A DNA stretch of 31,257 nucleotides from an uncultured Deinococcales bacterium. GTDB lineage: Bacteria; Deinococcota; Deinococci; Deinococcales; JAAFIG01. The DNA is taken from NCBI GenBank assembly GCA_964244895.1, contig CAXTKV010000040.1, positions 1-31,257 on the forward strand. The letters are read 5' to 3'. Of the stretch, positions 26,443 through 31,257 are shown one piece after another. A program made the position numbers and the translations under genes. Positions within the stretch are counted from its first letter, which is position 1. Every line of letters begins with the position of its first letter. Under the pieces are notes generated by a model that saw only the letters and a list, made by a program, of their open reading frames with translations, was not told where the DNA came from and made no database searches.

Positions 26443-27510
26443 TCAGGGTGTGGGAACGAAGAAAAATGCCAGCGCCAGAAGCAAATACACGCCCAGCAGC
26501 ATCGCGCCCTCGAGCCAGTTGGTCTCGCCATCGCGAGCCACGCTGGCGGTGATCAGCGCCGCCCCGACCAGCCCGGCCAGTTCTAACGGGCTGTGAATCA
26601 CCAGATCCATCGGCTTGCCGATCAAAAAGGACGCGAACACCAACACGGGTGCGACCAAGAGCGCGATCTGAATCGTCGCGCCGATGGCGATGGTGATCGA
26701 AAGATCGAGCTTGTTCTTCAGGGCGAAGACGCTGGCGGCGTGCTCTGCGGCGTTGCCGATGATCGGAATGATGATCAGCCCGGCGAACAGTTCGGACAGA
26801 CCTAAGGCGCTGGTGAAACCCTCCAAAGACCCGACCAGCACCTCCGAGAGCCACGCGACCGCCAACGTGCAGACCAGCAGCGTCCCGATGGCCCGAGGGA
26901 CGCTCCAGACGTTCTCGTGTTCGTCTTCGTCAGCGCTCGAGAGCAAATCCTTGTGCGTCACCAGGCTGAAAATCATGTTGCAGACGTACAACCCGATCAG
27001 CACGGCGCTCGCGCCCAGCGAAAATTGTTCGTCACCGATCAAGGAGCGCTCGCTCGAGACACCAGAGACGCGCTCCGTCAGGTCGAACAGCGCCGGGATC
27101 AGAAACGCGATCATGACGATAATCAAAAGGCTGGCGAGCGCCCCGGCGGCCTGCTTGTTGAAGGTCTGCTGCTGGTATTTCAAGCCGCCCAGGAAGAGCG
27201 CCAGTCCCAGCACCAGCAGCAGGTTGCCGATCATCGAGCCGACGATGCTGGCCTTGACGACATCAATTTTCCCGGCCTGCAACGCGAAAAACGCGATGAT
27301 CATTTCTGTGGCGTTGCCGAAGGTCGCGTTCAACAGCCCGCCGATGGTCGAACCCGTGCGGGCCGCCAGGTTTTCCGTGGCCTGACCCATCAGTGCCGCG
27401 ATCGGCACGATGGCCAGCGCCGCCGAAGCGAAGATCAGCACGTCGGACGCGTGCAGCACGAACTCGAGCAGGGCCGTGATCGGCACGAAGACGAGCAACC
27501 AGTTCAGCAC
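26443..27510 (-). CDS. cax: Ca2+/H+ exchanger (CAX family), copy 2
   Basis: GGLLNATFGNATE and GNAAEH motifs; GTG start 6 nt after TAAACT. Confidence 0.93.
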   Translation of the reverse strand: MLNWLLVFVPITALLEFVLHASDVLIFASAALAIVPIAALMGQATENLAARTGSTIGGLLNATFGNATEMIIAFFALQAGKIDVVKASIVGSMIGNLLLVLGLALFLGGLKYQQQTFNKQAAGALASLLIIVMIAFLIPALFDLTERVSGVSSERSLIGDEQFSLGASAVLIGLYVCNMIFSLVTHKDLLSSADEDEHENVWSVPRAIGTLLVCTLAVAWLSEVLVGSLEGFTSALGLSELFAGLIIIPIIGNAAEHAASVFALKNKLDLSITIAIGATIQIALLVAPVLVFASFLIGKPMDLVIHSPLELAGLVGAALITASVARDGETNWLEGAMLLGVYLLLALAFFFVPTP

Positions 27511-27617
27511 GTTCGCAGTTTAACCTGCGCGTCTGGGCGCACCGATTCTCGGTTTCGGGTGAAATCCGAGGCTCCTGAACCGCACCGTGGGCGGGCGAGC
27601 CCCGGAAGTCCAGGGCA

Positions 27618-27673
27618 AAGACCGTCCAGGACACGAATCTTCGAGCTTCAGGAATGACGTGCTGAACGGTCTT
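27618..27673. repeat. REP-like inverted repeat pair
   Basis: AAGACCGTCCAGGAC ... CTGAACGGTCTT. Confidence 0.82.
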
Positions 27674-27779
27674 CTCGAGTGGGCGCGCGCGTTTGCCCCC
27701 GAGCCACAGACAAAAGCGCACCCGAGGTTCCGCGCGAACAGCACATTCGTTTCATGGCGCTCGGGCTACGATGAATCCC

Positions 27780-29114
27780 GTGAAGAGACGCTACGTGGTT
27801 CTCGGTGTGGGCGCAGTGTTGCTCGGTGCGGTCGGGTTCGCGCAATTGCGAAACGTGGTGGACGCGCGCAACGAAATTTTCAGCTCGCCCAACGGCAAAG
27901 CCTTCCTGGAGGTCTACACGGCCCTGCGAACCAAGTACCTGCGCGACGTTCCGGCTGAAAAGCTCCTCAAGGGCGCGACCACCGGCATGATCGATTCCTT
28001 GCAGGACGAATTCACGTACTATCTGGAACCCGAAACCTCCGCCACCATGGGCGAGGATCTCAAGGGCGAGTTCTTCGGCATCGGTGTAACCATATCCTCC
28101 GCCTACCGCGACGGCACGGGAACCCGCATCGAGACGACTTTCCGGGGTTCTCCGGCGGCGGCGGCGGGCATCGAACCCGGCGACGTGATCGAGAAAGTCA
28201 ACGGCGAGGATGTCACGAAAATTTCTTACGAGGCCGCCGTCCGAAAGATTCGCGGCCCCAAGGGAACGGTCGTCAAACTGACCGTCCGGCGCGGCCCGAG
28301 CGCCATCACCATCAGCATCACCCGCGACAAGATCAACGTCGTGAACGTCTCCAGTACGGTGCTGCCGGGCAATATCGGGTACGTCGCTATATCGGACTTC
28401 GCCAATTTTAAGGTCACCGAACAGCTCCAGACGGCGCTGGCGGAACTGAGAGCCAAGAACATCAAGGCTCTGGTGTTCGATTTGCGCAACAACCCCGGCG
28501 GGCTGGTCGATCAGGCGGAAGGTGTGGCGGATACCTTCTTGTCCAAGGGCGATATCTTCATCACTCGAGACCGCACCAAAGACGTGCGCGTCGAGTACGC
28601 CGCCAAACCGCAAGCCACGGATTTCAACCTGCCGATGGTCGTGCTGGTCAACGGCTCATCCGCCAGCGCCTCCGAGATCGTGACGGCATCCTTGCAGGAA
28701 AACGATCGGGCCAAGGTCGTGGGCGAGAAGACCTACGGCAAGGGCGTCGCCAACATCCCGACCAAGCTCAGCAGCGGCGCGCAGGTCAACGTCTCGTTCG
28801 AGGAATGGTTGACGCCCAAACGCAACAGCATTTTCAAGAAAGGCGTGACGCCCGACGCGCTGGTCGAGGACACGCGCTTCCCGAAACTGCTGACCCTGGA
28901 AGGGCTGAACGCCAAACCGGGCAGCCAGATCGAGGTCAAGGTCAATGGCAAGACCCTGAAGCTCAAAGCGGACGCCAAAGGGCGTTTCACCTACCAGGAC
29001 GAACCCTCGAGGATTCGCACCAGCGACCGCCAGGGGACGGCGTTGGTCGATCTTCAGACCGACGCGCAGCTTCGCAAGGGGCTCGAGGTTCTGGGGGCGA
29101 CCGCGCCCAAGTAA
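27780..29114 (+). CDS. ctpA: S41 family C-terminal processing protease with PDZ domain (CtpA-like)
   Basis: FFGIGV and GSPAAAAGIEPGD (PDZ), DLRNNPGG, SASASE, GEKTYGKG; likely start GTG 27780 (MKRRYVV), 7 nt after TACGAT; ATG 27771 is an alternative. Confidence 0.92.
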   Translation: MKRRYVVLGVGAVLLGAVGFAQLRNVVDARNEIFSSPNGKAFLEVYTALRTKYLRDVPAEKLLKGATTGMIDSLQDEFTYYLEPETSATMGEDLKGEFFGIGVTISSAYRDGTGTRIETTFRGSPAAAAGIEPGDVIEKVNGEDVTKISYEAAVRKIRGPKGTVVKLTVRRGPSAITISITRDKINVVNVSSTVLPGNIGYVAISDFANFKVTEQLQTALAELRAKNIKALVFDLRNNPGGLVDQAEGVADTFLSKGDIFITRDRTKDVRVEYAAKPQATDFNLPMVVLVNGSSASASEIVTASLQENDRAKVVGEKTYGKGVANIPTKLSSGAQVNVSFEEWLTPKRNSIFKKGVTPDALVEDTRFPKLLTLEGLNAKPGSQIEVKVNGKTLKLKADAKGRFTYQDEPSRIRTSDRQGTALVDLQTDAQLRKGLEVLGATAPK

Positions 29115-29125
29115 ACGCCGCGCTG

Positions 29126-29161
29126 AACGCTCCCGAGCGCCCGTCCTCGGGAGCGTTTTTT
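29126..29161 (+). terminator. Intrinsic terminator after the S41 protease gene
   Basis: AACGCTCCCGAG - 8-nt loop - CTCGGGAGCGTT followed by a T run. Confidence 0.88.
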
Positions 29162-29180
29162 GTGGTCGCGAACGGGCTGT

Positions 29181-29224
29181 ACCGTCCAGGACAGCGCCAA
29201 CACGGTGCGTCCTGAACGATGTTC
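29181..29224. repeat. REP-like degenerate inverted repeat pair
   Basis: ACCGTCCAGGAC ... GTCCTGAACGATGTTC. Confidence 0.78.
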
Positions 29225-29409
29225 CCTGATCAATGCCATCCAAACGGTGCCGTGCGAGCCTCGAATTGGATCAGATTCGAGGCTCGAATCTCGAGACCCG
29301 ACGGCTCGGTTCTGCGGGGCGCGCAGGGCAAAAAGTGCGCTCTGGACGGCACAACCAAACAGACTCGCGTTCACGACGGTTCTTTTGAGGGTAGACTCGT
29401 GATGAGCTC

Positions 29410-30714
29410 ATGAACCCGTGGATTGCGCACCTCACGACCCTTGCAGGCGGCCACCTGCTGGCGCAACTCGAAGCGCCGGAAGGCACGTTCGGTGCGAGCG
29501 CCACCGAACTGATGTTCGCATCGCAAGACGGTCTGCGCCGCCTCAAACTGACCAGCATCACCCGGATCGCCAGGAGCAGCGGCGCGGTGATCATCTCGGG
29601 CCGCGACGGTGAACTGCTGCGCGTCCTGATCAACGTGCCGAACAACGACCTGCTGGCGTTCTTTCAGGCCGTCAAGACGATCGCCAACCAGGCCAGGTTG
29701 CTCGAGCACGATCAGGGCACCCGGAGAAGCGCGCCTGAAGGTTCCACACCGACGCCGAAAAGCCCGCCCTCGAGCCAGGCGAGCGTTTCGCCGCCCGAGT
29801 CCAGGGACGCGGAGGCGTCGGGGAAATCCACCGTGGTGCTCGAACCGGCCCGATCCAGCTCGTTTCGGCCAGAGCCAGCCCGACCAGAATCGGCCCGACC
29901 AGAATCGGCCCGACCAGAATCAGCCCGGTCAGCACCGCCCAAACCCGGCCCTCTCAAACCCGCGCCACCGTCCCGATCCAGCGCGCCGACGGATCTGAAA
30001 GCCTCCTCGATTTTCTGGCCCGCGCCGCACATCGGTGACGAGGCCGTCCACAACTCCCTCGATCACCTTCGGATGATGGCGAATGACGACGCGCCGCACG
30101 AACCCGCCCAATGGAACAAACGCCTGATCGCCGCGGCGCTCGACGCTGGACTGTTCCTGTTCGCGCAAATCCTGGTCTCGAGACTGCTGGGCTTGTGGCC
30201 CGCCACGTTTCTGGATCTGCTGAGCATCGGTTCGCATCGCGTCCTCAACCCGAGCACCTACTGGGAGGCGATCATCGACATGGCCTCCGTGATCGGCTTC
30301 ACCGTCGTGCTGAGCTGGCCGTACTTCGCGCTCTTCGAGGCGTCCGCCCTTCAGGGCACGCCCGGCAAGCTGGCCATGCGCTTGAACGTGACCGACCTGA
30401 ACGGTCGCCGGGCCGATTTCGGGCGCACCACCTGGCGTCACCTGGCGCGGCTCGTACCGATCCTGTGCGGCTTCGCGCTGTGGTTCGGCGGCACGGCCTT
30501 CGCGCTGGCGCTCGACGAGGCGGTCGGCAGGAACCTCGGCCTGGTCGCGCTCGTTCTGTTCACGATCCTCGGGATGGCCTTTCCGGTCGTGGCGTACCTG
30601 CGCGCCCGCAAGGACGCGTTCCACCAGACGCTCTACGACCAGATCGCCGGGTGCGTCGTGCTCGGGCTCGATCCGGTCGAAGCCGCTGCCGGAGCGCGAG
30701 CGCGCGGCGGCTGA
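29410..30714 (+). CDS. RDD-family membrane protein with small N-terminal domain and Pro/Ser-rich linker
   Basis: KRLIAAALD, QGTPGKLAMRLNV, QTLYDQIAG RDD signatures in the C-terminal half. Confidence 0.85.
   Translation: MNPWIAHLTTLAGGHLLAQLEAPEGTFGASATELMFASQDGLRRLKLTSITRIARSSGAVIISGRDGELLRVLINVPNNDLLAFFQAVKTIANQARLLEHDQGTRRSAPEGSTPTPKSPPSSQASVSPPESRDAEASGKSTVVLEPARSSSFRPEPARPESARPESARPESARSAPPKPGPLKPAPPSRSSAPTDLKASSIFWPAPHIGDEAVHNSLDHLRMMANDDAPHEPAQWNKRLIAAALDAGLFLFAQILVSRLLGLWPATFLDLLSIGSHRVLNPSTYWEAIIDMASVIGFTVVLSWPYFALFEASALQGTPGKLAMRLNVTDLNGRRADFGRTTWRHLARLVPILCGFALWFGGTAFALALDEAVGRNLGLVALVLFTILGMAFPVVAYLRARKDAFHQTLYDQIAGCVVLGLDPVEAAAGARARGG
29878..29927 (+). repeat. 15-bp coding tandem repeat (ARPES x3)
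   Basis: GCCCGACCAGAATC(G/A) at 29878, 29893, 29908. Confidence 0.92.
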
Positions 30715-30720
30715 AGGCCA

Positions 30721-30777
30721 GAAGACCGTCCTGGACGTAATTCCCTCAGACTCGAGATGAGCCTCCCGGACGGTTTT
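30721..30777. repeat. REP-like inverted repeat pair between convergent genes
   Basis: GAAGACCGTCCTGGACG ... CCGGACGGTTTT. Confidence 0.8.
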
Positions 30778-30801
30778 GGCCCGAGCGATGCCAGTCAAGC
30801 T

Positions 30802-31257
30802 TCAACGGTTCAGGATGTGAATCGAGTGCTTGTGGACGTTCTCTGCGGCCTCGATCATCAACTCGCCCAGCGTCGGGTGCGGGTGGATCGTCAGCGCGAT
30901 ATCGTCCACGATCGCACCCATCTCGAGCGCCAGGGCCGCTTCAGAGATGATGTCGCTCGCGCCGACGCTCGTGACGTGGACGGCCAGCACCAGATCGGTC
31001 TCCTCGTCGGCGATCATCTTGATCACGCCCTCCGTGCTGCCGAGCGTCAGCGCCCGCCCGAGCGCGGAAACCGGAAACTTGCCGATGCGCAACTTGTAGC
31101 CCTTGTCGCGCAATTCCTTTTCCGTCGGGCCGACCCAGGCGATCTCCGGGGTGGTGTAGATCACGCCGGGGACAGTCACGGCGTCGTTGACGCTCTTCTT
31201 GCCCGCGCAGCGTTCGGCGGCCACCAGGCCGTCCTTCATGGCCTTGTGCGCCAGCCA
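30802..31257 (-). CDS. lpdA: Dihydrolipoyl dehydrogenase, C-terminal part (5' end outside the window)
   Basis: [27 protein letters not shown], catalytic HPHPTLGE motif. Confidence 0.93.
   Translation of the reverse strand, partial: WLAHKAMKDGLVAAERCAGKKSVNDAVTVPGVIYTTPEIAWVGPTEKELRDKGYKLRIGKFPVSALGRALTLGSTEGVIKMIADEETDLVLAVHVTSVGASDIISEAALALEMGAIVDDIALTIHPHPTLGELMIEAAENVHKHSIHILNR

Noticed and set aside
1384..30777. CRISPR array interpretation of the recurring palindrome
   Set aside because: Copies are scattered singly or in pairs in separate intergenic gaps, are degenerate, lack regular 30-40 bp spacers, and no cas genes are present

Overview
GC-rich bacterial chromosomal segment, most consistent with Deinococcota (five genes have a TANNNT -10 box 6-7 nt before the start codon, i.e. 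leaderless). The left 18.6 kb holds two minus-strand carbohydrate loci. Locus 1 is DeoR - Zn-dependent polyol dehydrogenase - ABC binding protein - HxlB-like SIS isomerase - two permeases (cut by the window edge). Locus 2 is an alpha-galactoside locus: two permeases - binding protein - CRTAC1/ASPIC-UnbV-like lipoprotein - His-motif membrane protein - GH4 - GH36 - GH4 (MelA-like) - LacI. The right part has an aldo/keto reductase broken by one in-frame TAG, adenine deaminase, a PsbP-like exported protein, a queuosine-precursor (VUT) transporter, a Gfo/Idh/MocA oxidoreductase, two tandem Ca2+/H+ antiporters, an S41 protease, an RDD protein and the 3' end of lpdA. No rRNA, tRNA, CRISPR array or transposase was recognised. 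Most notable: (1) the translationally coupled FG-GAP lipoprotein plus duplicated HxxEH/HFxWN membrane protein inside the galactoside locus; (2) a palindromic REP/MITE-like repeat (ACCGTCCWGGACGGT) in most intergenic gaps; (3) about 110 copies of CTCGAG by hand count; (4) a shared orphan Shine-Dalgarno plus CAAGA(A)CGTACCG element ahead of both binding-protein genes.
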